Shown here piece after piece: positions 7,548-17,698 of a DNA stretch of 55,794 nucleotides. The first letter of the stretch is position 1; each line of letters begins with the position of its first letter. The translations under genes were made by a program, and so were the position numbers. The DNA comes from a virus. Location: the IMG/VR virus record IMGVR_UViG_3300045988_029329, positions 1 through 55,794 of that record. One strand, 5' to 3'. Below the pieces are notes generated by a model. That model was not told where the DNA came from. It saw only the letters and a list, made by a program, of their open reading frames with translations, and did no database searches.

Positions 7548-10500
7548 TGTTGATATTACGAGCTTATCCGTAGAAATCTCTGCGGAATCCAGCGGTGCGG
7601 AGCTTAATATCGACAAGCTCGCTACCGCCATTTCTAATTTGCGGACAAAGGGCAACGTGTCGAAGGTGATTGATGGGTTGGATAAGCTCACCAATTCCCT
7701 CACTGCGTTAAAGTCCGCGCAGGGAGATTTTAGCGGTCTTGAAAGCGTTACTCGGTTCATTGATGGCATCAGCAAGGTCAATACAAGTGAAAGCGCAAAG
7801 GGCATCAGTACACTGGCAAAGAGCATCGCTAAACTTCCGGAATCCCTTACCGGCATGGGCGCTCTTTCTGATAGCGTTGATACCCTGCTCGATGTTACGG
7901 ATGCTTTTGACCTTATGGCTACCGTTCAAGACCCAAAAGGCTTGAAAAGTGCCATCAACGCCATCAAAAAAATCCCGGAAGCGGTCAGCGGTGTGCAGGG
8001 CATCAGTTCTGACATTGGCGATGTGAAGCCCGTCTTGAACGGATTCAATAATCTTCCTTCCGTCACTGCGCCGGAAGGATTGAGCAGCTTTGTAAGCCTT
8101 TTGCGCCGAATCCCGAAAGCAGTGTCTGAAGCAAACAAAGCTGATTACACACAGCTTGCCGAAAGTTCCCGACAGTTGATGAATGGTCTTGCTCCGTTGT
8201 CTGTTCTGGATTTTAGCAATCTGAAAAATCTCGGAAGCGTCTTGAATCAGCTCAACAAGATTCCTGACCTTGCGCAAAAGCTGGATAGCAAGACGGTGGG
8301 TGACTTTTCTACTGCTTGCCAAAAACTGTCTGCCGCCCTTACTCCCCTTGCATCTCAGCTTGACAAGGTGGGCAATGCTTTTGCAAAGCTCCCTCCGCAG
8401 TTGAGCAAAGTGGTCACACAGGCAAACCGCGTGACCGCAGCCAACGAAAAGCAGCGTAAGAGCTATCTCAGTCTGTCCAATCAGATAAACGGCTTTATGC
8501 GAAACATGGCAAAGCTGGTTTCGCTGAAAGCCATTGCTGAATATCTTGGCAATGCCGTTGCAAAGTTCAACGACTTCTATGAAGCAACAGACCTGTTTCA
8601 TAATGCTATGGGCAATTTGAGCGGTGAAGCCGATGCGCTCATTAGCAAGATGCAAGGTCTGCTTGGAGTTGACCCAACCAAAGCGATGACCTACATGGCT
8701 ACCATCCAGAGCTTGGGTACTTCGTTTGGTCTGGCCAGCGACAAGGCATACGTTCTGTCCAAGAACCTGACTCAGCTTGCCTATGACGAAGGTTCCTATT
8801 GGAACAAGGACGTTGCGCAGACCTTTACTGCAATGTCCTCCGCAATCTCTGGCGAGATTGAGCCTATTCGCCGTCTGGGTGTCGACCTGTCTCAGGCACG
8901 GTTACAGCAGGAGCTTCTAGCTTTAGGCTTTAACAAACAGGTTTCTAGTCTGTCTCAGGCAGATAAGGCAGTTCTGCGTTATATTGCCATTATGAAGCAG
9001 ACTGCCAACGTGCAGGGCAACCTTGCACAGACCATCCAGAGTCCTGCGAACCAGATCAAGATTCTGAAAGCACAGCTTGATATGTTGGCAAAATCTGTCG
9101 GCTCTCTGCTCTACCCCGCCCTGAAATCCATTCTTCCCCCGCTGATTGCCGCTGTTCAGCTCATTCGAGAGTTTGTCGAGTGGGTGGCAAAGCTGATGGG
9201 TGTGAAGGTCGTGTTTACTGATTTCACCAAGAGCGCTGATAGCGTTGGCGGCATCGGTGACGCAATGGATGACACGGCAGACTCCACCAAGAAAGCCGCC
9301 AAAGCCCTCAAGGACTACACGATGGGTTTTGATGAGTTGAACATAATTGACCCCACACAGGGGAGTTCCGGTTCTGGCAGCGGCGCATCTGCTGGCAATA
9401 TCTTGGGTGATGTAGACCTGTCCGGCTACGATATGTTCAAGAACTATGTTGGCACATCTATTGATGAGATGAAGCAGAAAATCAAAAGTATGCTTCCTCT
9501 TATAGCGACTGTAGCAACCGCCCTTGCCGCGTGGAAACTCACAAATCTTATTACGGATATTGTGGACGCTATCTCCAAAATGAACGCACTGAAATCCATT
9601 GTTTTGGGCCTTGGCGTTTTTACGGTGGGCGTTGTTCTTGAGATTACAGGCATTAAAGACGCGATTGAAAATGGCGTAAATGGAAAGAATTTCGCTGAAA
9701 TTGTTCTTGGCGCTTTGATTGGAACTACAGGCGCAGCCATTCTTGGCAAAGGAATTGCTCAGTTTATCGTGACCGGCTTTGGTAATACTGCTGTTGGCAC
9801 GGCCATTAAAGCGGCTGGCGGCTCTACTGCTGGCGCGATTATTGGAGCAGCAGTTGGCGGAGTAGTAACCGGCATACCTATGTTTGTAACGGGCGTTTAC
9901 GATGCTGTCGAAAATGGCTTAAACACGTTAAACGGAATTTTGATTCCGCTTGGCTCGACAATGGCTGGCACAGGCATTGGTGCAATCATCGGCTCTCTTG
10001 GCGGCCCAATCGGTACGGGTATCGGCGCTTTAATCGGCCTGATTGTTGGTGCAATGACTGACGTTGGAATTGCCATCTATCAAAATTGGGATAAAATCAC
10101 TTCTCAACTTGATAAAGTGAGTGCCGAATTTAAGCAATGGTTCGTTGGCGTCGGCGAATGGTGGAATGAAAAGTGGGAAGGCTTCAAGACCAATTTTCAG
10201 ACCGCGTGGGAAAGCCTTCCCGGGTTTGTGCAGCATCCCATTCAAGCACTCGACCAAGCCAGCGCAGGGCTGAAGCAGTGGTTTGTAGGTGTTGGCGAGT
10301 GGTGGAATCAGAAATGGTCTGGATTCAAGACTAACTGGGATAAATCCTGGAACAGCCTTGTTGATACCATAAAAAATCTGCCACAAAAATTTCTTGACTA
10401 TGGCAAGAATATCGTAGAAGGACTTATCAATGGTATCAATAACGGAGTCGAGACTGCCAAGAAAACTGTCGGCGGCCTTGCAAAAGCTATCATTGACAAG

Positions 10501-11634
10501 TTCACGACCGATACTGAAATTCACTCTCCGTCTAAGGTCTTTGAGCAGTTTGGCATTTACATCGACCAAGGCCTTGCAAATGGTATCACTGGCTCTCTCG
10601 GTTACGTCAACGATGCTATGAATAAACTTGTAGACGCCACCAAGCTCAAGGGCGAAGAGATGGCGAACTATGGCATTGACTGCGGCACAAGTTACGTCAA
10701 CGGCATCATTTCCGGGCTAGACTCTAAGTGGGGCGAACTCGATAACAACCTCAAGACCGACTTCTTCGGCACAGTGCAGACCTTCATTCAGGCCGCGCAG
10801 AGTGGCGACTGGAAAACGGTCGGCACTACCATTGCCGCTGGCATTTGGGGCGCTATAGGCGATGAGCAGCGTAAACGCGTCAAGTCCGTTGCAAGCGATT
10901 TGCTTGGCAGACTGAGCAAAGAATTGAAAAACCAAGCTTCTTCTCTGCTGAATACAGCCGCTACCATTGGCAAAAATCTGGTGAGCGCACTGACTCAGAA
11001 TTTCGGAAAGGTTTCCTCTGAAACTCAGACGATGCTTTCTGGTATTACGCAGGCTTTCGGAAACGTGAAGTCTCCTCTCGCAACGGCTGCTAAAGCAATC
11101 AGCGCTGCGCTGTCTGGCGGCTTGCTCAGTTCTTTCCCGACAATTTTCGCTGGGTTTGCCGGGCTGGTAAGCACCATCGGAACCGCAGTGGCGGGAATGC
11201 TTTCTGCTGTGGGCGCCGCCCTCAGCGCTACGGTTTTTGGCATTCCCGCTGGAATCGTAGCCCTTGCTGCTGCCGCCGCCCTTGGTGTTGCAATCGCTGG
11301 AATCGTATCAAAACTTGGTGGTAGCCATTCTACCAGTAGTTACAGCGATACATCTCAGTATGTTGGAAGCTCTAGCTACAATTCCTCGACATCCAGCTCT
11401 TCCTATAGTGGCACTTATTCTGCCGCAAGTGGAAACTCCGAAGAGATGAGAGATGCTGTGTACAACGGCTGCTACAATGCATTTCTCGACATCTGGCAGC
11501 GGTATGGAGAGGAAATCTCTGATGGAAGAGATGTAAGAGTGTACCTTGATAGCAAGCAGCTCACCGCTTCTGTTGAAAAGACCCAGAAAGAACGTGGCGT
11601 GTCTATTATGGGTACCGAAGTTTATTCCTATTAA
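7540..11634 (+). CDS. tail tape measure protein
   Basis: About 1364 aa. Helical N-terminal half, a Gly/Ala/Ile-rich membrane-like centre, a duplicated KQWFVGVGEWWN motif and a Ser-rich C-terminus. Confidence 0.85.
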   Translation: MADVDITSLSVEISAESSGAELNIDKLATAISNLRTKGNVSKVIDGLDKLTNSLTALKSAQGDFSGLESVTRFIDGISKVNTSESAKGISTLAKSIAKLPESLTGMGALSDSVDTLLDVTDAFDLMATVQDPKGLKSAINAIKKIPEAVSGVQGISSDIGDVKPVLNGFNNLPSVTAPEGLSSFVSLLRRIPKAVSEANKADYTQLAESSRQLMNGLAPLSVLDFSNLKNLGSVLNQLNKIPDLAQKLDSKTVGDFSTACQKLSAALTPLASQLDKVGNAFAKLPPQLSKVVTQANRVTAANEKQRKSYLSLSNQINGFMRNMAKLVSLKAIAEYLGNAVAKFNDFYEATDLFHNAMGNLSGEADALISKMQGLLGVDPTKAMTYMATIQSLGTSFGLASDKAYVLSKNLTQLAYDEGSYWNKDVAQTFTAMSSAISGEIEPIRRLGVDLSQARLQQELLALGFNKQVSSLSQADKAVLRYIAIMKQTANVQGNLAQTIQSPANQIKILKAQLDMLAKSVGSLLYPALKSILPPLIAAVQLIREFVEWVAKLMGVKVVFTDFTKSADSVGGIGDAMDDTADSTKKAAKALKDYTMGFDELNIIDPTQGSSGSGSGASAGNILGDVDLSGYDMFKNYVGTSIDEMKQKIKSMLPLIATVATALAAWKLTNLITDIVDAISKMNALKSIVLGLGVFTVGVVLEITGIKDAIENGVNGKNFAEIVLGALIGTTGAAILGKGIAQFIVTGFGNTAVGTAIKAAGGSTAGAIIGAAVGGVVTGIPMFVTGVYDAVENGLNTLNGILIPLGSTMAGTGIGAIIGSLGGPIGTGIGALIGLIVGAMTDVGIAIYQNWDKITSQLDKVSAEFKQWFVGVGEWWNEKWEGFKTNFQTAWESLPGFVQHPIQALDQASAGLKQWFVGVGEWWNQKWSGFKTNWDKSWNSLVDTIKNLPQKFLDYGKNIVEGLINGINNGVETAKKTVGGLAKAIIDKFTTDTEIHSPSKVFEQFGIYIDQGLANGITGSLGYVNDAMNKLVDATKLKGEEMANYGIDCGTSYVNGIISGLDSKWGELDNNLKTDFFGTVQTFIQAAQSGDWKTVGTTIAAGIWGAIGDEQRKRVKSVASDLLGRLSKELKNQASSLLNTAATIGKNLVSALTQNFGKVSSETQTMLSGITQAFGNVKSPLATAAKAISAALSGGLLSSFPTIFAGFAGLVSTIGTAVAGMLSAVGAALSATVFGIPAGIVALAAAAALGVAIAGIVSKLGGSHSTSSYSDTSQYVGSSSYNSSTSSSSYSGTYSAASGNSEEMRDAVYNGCYNAFLDIWQRYGEEISDGRDVRVYLDSKQLTASVEKTQKERGVSIMGTEVYSY

Positions 11635-11640
11635 GAAAGG

Positions 11641-12027
11641 ATGGTTCAGATGGCCAATATTCCTGCCCTGGTTACGGTGAATGGCGTAGAGCTGCCGGAA
11701 CCATCCTCTTATGAGGGAACGACTAGTACTATCGTAGACTCTGGCCGAAATGTTCAGGGAAAGGTTGTTGGTTCTGTCGTGCGGCATGATGTGGCAAAGG
11801 TCTCCATGTCTTGGAACTACCTCACCGCACGGCAGTGGGCCGACATCTTGAGCCTTTTTACCACGAATTTTTACTGCACTGTTAAATTCTATAACCAAGC
11901 CACAGCTGGTTATACCACCCGTCAGATGTATGTCTCCGACCGCACCGGCGGAATGTGGCGTAGAGGGCCGAAAACCGGTGGCGTTATGGGATGGACAGGG
12001 TGCAAACTTTCTCTTGTGGAGGTATGA
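11641..12027 (+). CDS. putative distal tail protein (small Dit-like)
   Basis: 128 aa. First gene after the tape measure. Confidence 0.4.
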   Translation: MVQMANIPALVTVNGVELPEPSSYEGTTSTIVDSGRNVQGKVVGSVVRHDVAKVSMSWNYLTARQWADILSLFTTNFYCTVKFYNQATAGYTTRQMYVSDRTGGMWRRGPKTGGVMGWTGCKLSLVEV

Positions 12028-12030
12028 CAC

Positions 12031-14646
12031 ATGGTTGAAGTCTCCGATAAGTGGAAAGAAAAATTTAACGAAACCCTTGTCCCGGAATCTTTTGTAGAGA
12101 TTACCTGTGGAATTACTGAACCGGGTATCAACAAAAAGGCTACCATCGTCACGTCATCGGCAGCCCCGTTCTCCACCTTTCACAGTATTGCGCTTTCCAA
12201 TAACGCTTCCATTTCGAGGTATTCCACAGGAGAGCTTAATCTCACTGTTCTTGACGGAAGTTGCGCCATTGTTCCTTCTTCCCCTCCGTATGGAACTACT
12301 GGTTTTTTGAGCGCCAAGATTTTTGACGATTCAAACCATCCTGTTATCCGGCTTGAGCTTCCGAGTGAGAGCAAGTCCTCGATTCCCGGAGTTTCAATTT
12401 GCTGGTCTACGGTATTTGAAGAATACGCTACAGATTTTTCGGTCAGCGCATATCTTGGGACTAACAGGTTAAAAACTGTGACCGTAAACGGAAACAAATC
12501 CGTCCGTTCTGATGTTGATGTAGAGCTTTCCGGGTTTGATGCCGTAGAGATTGAGGTGCTGAAGTGGTGTCTCCCTAACCGCCGAGTAAGGGTCGAACAA
12601 GTGAAAATCGGAAGGTATCTGGTGTTCGACAAGACCAAAATCTTGTCCTACAGCCATTCTTCTGCAAGAGACCCTATCTCCGGGCAGCTTTCTCAGGAGT
12701 CGATTTCCTTTAGCCTTGATAACAGCGACCGCACATGGGACTCCGTAAACCCTCAAGGGATTTACAAGTACATCTATGAGCGCCAGCCTGTCACTGTTCG
12801 TTATGGAATGGATGTTGACGGGAAGACCGAATGGGTGAGCGGAGGAATGTTCTTCCTGTCGGAGTGGAGCGTCCCCGCCAACAGCATTGAGGCGTCCTTT
12901 CAGGCGCGAGACGCTTTCCTGTATCTATCCAGCACGAAGTACACCGGAAGAAAATACGGCACACTATACAAGATGTGCTACGATGCGTTAGAACAGCTTG
13001 AGGCAGACGGAATCACAGCAGAAATCTCTGATGAACTGAAAGACTACTCTACGGACATCACGAGCGATGGGTCTGCTTATCACAATTCCGATATTTTGCA
13101 GCTTGCCGCCAATGCGGCCGGAATGGCTCTGTACCAGACTCGTGATGGCGTAATAAAGATTAACCGTGTGTACGGTTCTGTCGCCTCTGACTCGGTATTG
13201 GATATTCCTGTGCTGAACAATTATTCTTGGCCGGAAATCACCTTTGCTCAAAATATGCTCAACGTGGTGACCACCGTAGGTGGCGCTACCTACGCTTATC
13301 CCGAAAGCCCTTCTGGCAAAGGTGTGAGCCAGACTCTGAGCAATGTTATGCTCACAAAGGACATCCTTGCAAAATCCAGAAATGCCCTTACGGAGTCTTA
13401 TGGAGTCCTTTCCAATCGTCGCAAAGCTTCTCTTACTTATCGGGCAAGCCCTATCGTTGACGCTCTTGATATGGTAAAGATTCACCATCAGTTTAATTAC
13501 GATGCCGTCTTGCTGGTGACCAATGCAAAATACACCTTTAATGGGTGCTTCAAAGGTACTGTAGAAGGGTACATGATGGTAGATGCTCAGGCTTTGTCTC
13601 TTGACCATGCCAGCGAACAGCTTGACTGGGGTGATTCCGTTGTTCTTTCCGCTACCCTGTCCCCTGCTACCATTGATTCTCCCAAAATCAACTGGGCAGC
13701 TTCTCCCGAAGGAATCGTCTCCCTTCACGTTCTGACAAACGCAGAGGGAAAATCCACTTGTCAAGTCAAGTGGAATTCTCCGGGCAAGGCTGTTGTCACT
13801 GCCTTTGTGGGCAACGTCTCCGCGAAATGCTCTTTCATTACAACATCGTACAACCTGTTTGATGTTGCAGAGGGCAACACCGTTCTTATGGACGAGGGCG
13901 GCAACGTGGCTGAGTTCATCGTTGCGAAGCACAACTACGAAAGCGAGCTGAACGGGGCAGGACGTACGCTTTTGGTTCGAAAACACTACGCGGCTATCAT
14001 GGCTTGGAATTCTACATGGTCTACTTATGCCAGCAGCGACGTGAGCAGTTGGCTTAACGGCGACTACTTCAACTCGTTCAGTTATGCTCAAAAGCAAGCT
14101 ATCAACAAGACAACCATCTACTACACCCCGGGCTTCTCCGATTCTTACTGTAACTCTGGCAGCAGCAGGGTATCCACGATGGCCGAAAGTGTTTTCCTTC
14201 TTTCCAAACATGAGTTTGGATACGACACGGAAGGTTCTGATGCCCCGAATTGGACAACTAGCAGCCCGAGCTATAAGCACAACGAAGGCACTCCATTGCA
14301 GAATGCATCCAAAATCCTGAAAACAATGCTCGCCTCCGACATGGAAGGTTCTGAGAGAGGGCGTTCCATTTGGACAAGAACTCCTTATCTGTACTCGCTT
14401 CAGATGCTCTATGATATTGCTGGCACAAGCTCAAGCGCCAACAAGTACTGGCGACCTCTGCTGGTCAGCAAACTTGTAAACGCATACGTCGCGTATGATT
14501 CTACGTTACAAGTGAATGGCAACGCAGAGACGATTTCTTATGCTACGAATGACGAGGGTCCTCGTAAATATGACAATGTCGTTCACCCTGCATTTACCGT
14601 CCCAAAGTCTCTTTCCATTGACGCTAAAGGCAAACTGATTTTTTAA
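12031..14646 (+). CDS. tail tip / baseplate protein with Ig-like (Big_2-type) segment and C-terminal putative receptor-binding domain
   Basis: 871 aa. Second gene after the tape measure. The segment LSATLSPATIDSPKINWAASPEG..VTAFVGNVSAKC looks Big_2-like. Confidence 0.55.
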   Translation: MVEVSDKWKEKFNETLVPESFVEITCGITEPGINKKATIVTSSAAPFSTFHSIALSNNASISRYSTGELNLTVLDGSCAIVPSSPPYGTTGFLSAKIFDDSNHPVIRLELPSESKSSIPGVSICWSTVFEEYATDFSVSAYLGTNRLKTVTVNGNKSVRSDVDVELSGFDAVEIEVLKWCLPNRRVRVEQVKIGRYLVFDKTKILSYSHSSARDPISGQLSQESISFSLDNSDRTWDSVNPQGIYKYIYERQPVTVRYGMDVDGKTEWVSGGMFFLSEWSVPANSIEASFQARDAFLYLSSTKYTGRKYGTLYKMCYDALEQLEADGITAEISDELKDYSTDITSDGSAYHNSDILQLAANAAGMALYQTRDGVIKINRVYGSVASDSVLDIPVLNNYSWPEITFAQNMLNVVTTVGGATYAYPESPSGKGVSQTLSNVMLTKDILAKSRNALTESYGVLSNRRKASLTYRASPIVDALDMVKIHHQFNYDAVLLVTNAKYTFNGCFKGTVEGYMMVDAQALSLDHASEQLDWGDSVVLSATLSPATIDSPKINWAASPEGIVSLHVLTNAEGKSTCQVKWNSPGKAVVTAFVGNVSAKCSFITTSYNLFDVAEGNTVLMDEGGNVAEFIVAKHNYESELNGAGRTLLVRKHYAAIMAWNSTWSTYASSDVSSWLNGDYFNSFSYAQKQAINKTTIYYTPGFSDSYCNSGSSRVSTMAESVFLLSKHEFGYDTEGSDAPNWTTSSPSYKHNEGTPLQNASKILKTMLASDMEGSERGRSIWTRTPYLYSLQMLYDIAGTSSSANKYWRPLLVSKLVNAYVAYDSTLQVNGNAETISYATNDEGPRKYDNVVHPAFTVPKSLSIDAKGKLIF

Positions 14647-14657
14647 GAGGTGATTGT

Positions 14658-15569
14658 ATGGCAAAGTGGATTACAGACCGAACGCAGGCAGATGTAGACC
14701 GGGTCAAAGAGCTGACCGCAAAGGCAAGAACCGGTACATGGACAACGGCTGAACAGCAGGAGTGGGCCTCCGGTATGAAAGGAGCGCTCAGTTACACTGA
14801 CTATGCACGAATCGAACAGGGCATGAAAGAGCTTGCTGACATTGTCGGAGTGAAACTTCCTATCGACCCGATTTCGGTCGTGACGGCGCTTAATACTTCC
14901 GGCAACATCCCTGCGTGGGACACTTATCCCTCCAAGTCCGAGTTCTTCATGCCGCTGACTGCTAAGAAAGCGGGCCTGCCGCTCCGCTCGCTGGGATTCC
15001 GCGTCAAGGGCTACATGCCAGGCAAAATGCGCACCGTCCTGCGCAAGTACGGCACCGAGACCGCCCTAGTAGACAAGTCCATCGACCTTGTCAAAGGCTA
15101 TAATGATGTAGTGCTGGACATGGGCAGTATCGTGCTGGAAAAGGGCGTCGAATATCAGCTCTATTTCGCCGCCGCCAACAACTTCTATCCGCCCTCTGTC
15201 GAGCCATCTTGGGTCGTAGCAAACGACTACATCGACATTGCACACGGCAGCGCCTACTATGGCGATGACGCCAAAATGATTTTTTCTGGAACAATCACTT
15301 TCACCGGAACGTCTACCCCCGAATGGGGGCCGAACAGCTATCTTACCACAGAGGACGCCAATCGTTGGATAGCCAGCGTGAAAGCCATCCGTTCAAAATG
15401 CAGCGGAACAAGCTCTACTCCGGATGTACCGGAATCTCTTTCTATGAAATTTGGTGTGATAAATCAGGTCGAAAAGATACTTTCTGACATCGAAAGTATA
15501 GCCAAAGATTACACGCTTTACTGCTCCGAGCCAATTTGTGGAGGTGAACCATACTATGCGGTTTATTGA
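14658..15569 (+). CDS. tail fibre/baseplate-associated protein
   Basis: 303 aa. Sits in the tail module. The N-terminus MAKWITDRTQADVDRVKEL is common in Clostridia prophage fibre genes (from memory). Confidence 0.4.
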   Translation: MAKWITDRTQADVDRVKELTAKARTGTWTTAEQQEWASGMKGALSYTDYARIEQGMKELADIVGVKLPIDPISVVTALNTSGNIPAWDTYPSKSEFFMPLTAKKAGLPLRSLGFRVKGYMPGKMRTVLRKYGTETALVDKSIDLVKGYNDVVLDMGSIVLEKGVEYQLYFAAANNFYPPSVEPSWVVANDYIDIAHGSAYYGDDAKMIFSGTITFTGTSTPEWGPNSYLTTEDANRWIASVKAIRSKCSGTSSTPDVPESLSMKFGVINQVEKILSDIESIAKDYTLYCSEPICGGEPYYAVY

Positions 15570-16221
15570 CCGAAAAGCAAAATACCCGGGCCGTTGGACT
15601 ATGAAAAAGTCGGACGGTTCTTCGGAAATTATTACGTTGATTCGGAACGATGAGCCCATTGTGGAAGGCACCCCCATGAACGCCAACACACTGAACACTC
15701 TTTCGGATGTTGCTGGCGCAGATGTGGCCAGAGCCGCCGCAGAACGAAGTGCCGCTTTGGCTTCTTCTTCGGAAAAGAACGCAAAAGCCAGCGAGGCTGC
15801 GGCCGGAAAAAGCGCATCTGCTGCATCTTCCAGCGCAAGCTCTGCATCGAACGATGCAAAGGCAGCAGGTGCGAGCGCAAGCAAGGCTTTGGCTAGCGAA
15901 AAAGCGGCTTCGTCCAGCGAAAAGGTTGCAAAAGCCAGCGAGGAAGCAGCGGAAAGAGTTCTGGCCTCCATTCCCGATGAATATACGGAAATGCAGACAA
16001 AGCTCCAGGATTCCTTCGTGGTTATCCGTTCCCTACAATTTGAGCTGGATGCCCTGCGTAAGCAGCATGAAGCGGATACGTTTTTACTGTCGGCGCTGGT
16101 CAACAGCTGCCTGAAGGAACGCACCGTGAGCCTGAGCACCGAAAGTGGGGTCGTCCTGACCACGGAATCGGGGGCGGCGCTTGAGTGCGTAGCTTTGGTA
16201 TCTGGTTGTGCCAGCGCATGA
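15556..16221 (+). CDS. tail fibre protein with Ala/Ser-rich coiled shaft
   Basis: GGAGGTG RBS. The N-terminus has IVEGTPMNANTLNTL. It is followed by ASEK/ASSS low-complexity repeats. Confidence 0.5.
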   Translation: MRFIDRKAKYPGRWTMKKSDGSSEIITLIRNDEPIVEGTPMNANTLNTLSDVAGADVARAAAERSAALASSSEKNAKASEAAAGKSASAASSSASSASNDAKAAGASASKALASEKAASSSEKVAKASEEAAERVLASIPDEYTEMQTKLQDSFVVIRSLQFELDALRKQHEADTFLLSALVNSCLKERTVSLSTESGVVLTTESGAALECVALVSGCASA

Positions 16222-16249
16222 CCTGTAATAAAAGAAAGGAAGCGAACCT

Positions 16250-17116
16250 ATGGCAAAAATCACGGAACTGCCGAGCCTTTCGGCAAAAAATGTGAACCCG
16301 GCCAGCAATCTCCTCCCTGTGGTGGCAGGAAACCAGACAGACCGGGCGACTTTGAACGACCTGCTAGAGGGCTACTTTAATCGAGGGGCTCTGACGAGCG
16401 GAAGCGCCGCAGCGCTAAAAAACTGCCTTCCCCGGTTCAAATACCTCGGCACCAGCGTCACGAGCGAGCAGTGGGCCGCTATTCAAAATGGCACCTTCGA
16501 TGGGCTGTTTCTTGGCGACTACTGGACTATCAACGGCGTAGACTACATCATCGCAGCCTTTGACTACTGGTATAAGTGCGGCGACACGGCCTGCAATACC
16601 CATCACGCCGTAGTCATTCCCCGCAGCCAGCTGTACACCTACAAGTTCAACCCTACCAACACGACCGAGGGCGGCTACGTCGGTTCCGACCTGTACAAGA
16701 ACGGTCTGACGCAGGCAAAGACCACGTTCAACACTGCTTTTGGCTCTGCTCACATCCTGAACCACCGCGAATATCTGGTCAACGCTGTCACAAACGGTAA
16801 GCCCACTGGCTCCGATTGGTACGACAGTACCGTTGACCTGATGAATGAGAACATGGTTTATGGCGGGCGGCAATTCTCGCCCATGCCGGACGGCACCGAC
16901 CCGTGGAACACCTGCCGCAACTACACGATCGACAAATCCCAGTTGCCCCTTTTCCGGCTGGCTCCGTGGATGAGCTTCGTTCGTGACCAGTGGCGCTGGC
17001 TGCGAGACGTCGTCTCGGCATCCAATTTTGCGAATTGCGGCGGCAACGGCACTGCGTACTGCAACGGTGCCAGCTACGCCCATGGCGTCTGGCCTGCTGT
17101 CGGGCTGATCGGCTGA
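16250..17116 (+). CDS. putative receptor-binding tail fibre protein
   Basis: 288 aa. N-terminus MAKITELPSLS...LLPVVAG..TDRATLNDL. Last large gene of the tail module. Confidence 0.45.
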   Translation: MAKITELPSLSAKNVNPASNLLPVVAGNQTDRATLNDLLEGYFNRGALTSGSAAALKNCLPRFKYLGTSVTSEQWAAIQNGTFDGLFLGDYWTINGVDYIIAAFDYWYKCGDTACNTHHAVVIPRSQLYTYKFNPTNTTEGGYVGSDLYKNGLTQAKTTFNTAFGSAHILNHREYLVNAVTNGKPTGSDWYDSTVDLMNENMVYGGRQFSPMPDGTDPWNTCRNYTIDKSQLPLFRLAPWMSFVRDQWRWLRDVVSASNFANCGGNGTAYCNGASYAHGVWPAVGLIG

Positions 17117-17170
17117 TCGAACATCCTGCGGGCCTGTACCGCAGGATTGAAAGAAAGGAGTCTTATAGTC

Positions 17171-17539
17171 ATGAAAACTTATACAGTCACCCTTGCAAAT
17201 GGGAAATTGATTGAGGGCTTGACCCTGAACCCCGGCGCCAACACGTTCCACAGTGCAACCGAGATCACCGAAGAGATGTTCAACTGCAAGCTGTCGGAAG
17301 TCCACATCGCCGCCAGCGACGGTGATATGACCGGGTGCGCTTACCCAGACACCCTGCACGATGCAGAGCTTGTGCAAATCATGCAGCCAACGGATACCCC
17401 GGACGGAACGTGGCAGTTTATCTTGAGAGAAATTCCAGAGGACGAAGCTGCTAAAGCCAAGTCTGAAAAACGGCTCACCTCTCTTGAAGCTGCAAACGAT
17501 GACCTCGTACTCATGATGGCCGATTTGATTGGAGGCTAA
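17171..17539 (+). CDS. hypothetical protein (tail/lysis junction)
   Basis: AAGGAG RBS. 122 aa. Confidence 0.4.
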   Translation: MKTYTVTLANGKLIEGLTLNPGANTFHSATEITEEMFNCKLSEVHIAASDGDMTGCAYPDTLHDAELVQIMQPTDTPDGTWQFILREIPEDEAAKAKSEKRLTSLEAANDDLVLMMADLIGG

Positions 17540-17543
17540 AATT

Positions 17544-17696
17544 ATGAAGACGCTAAACAACCTGAAGCTCCGCATCATGGTGCGGGCATTCCGCATCCGG
17601 CTGAACAACGGCGAAACCTTTGAGGACATCGCGGCAGATTACCCCGCCTTGACCGCTGACGACCTGAAAGCAATCGAAGAAGCCCTTGGGCAGTAA
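17544..17696 (+). CDS. small XkdX-like protein
   Basis: 50 aa, below the ORF-track cutoff. GGAGG RBS at 17531. Sits between fibre and lysis genes. Confidence 0.35.
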   Translation: MKTLNNLKLRIMVRAFRIRLNNGETFEDIAADYPALTADDLKAIEEALGQ

Positions 17697-17698
17697 GG

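Noticed and set aside
7708-11449. Long antisense and out-of-frame ORFs inside the tape measure gene (e.g. 7708..8655 minus, 10030..10569 minus). The same applies inside other large genes (3489..4511, 12988..14280, 16415..17629, 21622..22569, 22959..23684).
   Set aside because: These are shadow ORFs fully contained in strongly supported genes on the opposite strand or in another frame. They have no RBSs and non-protein-like composition.
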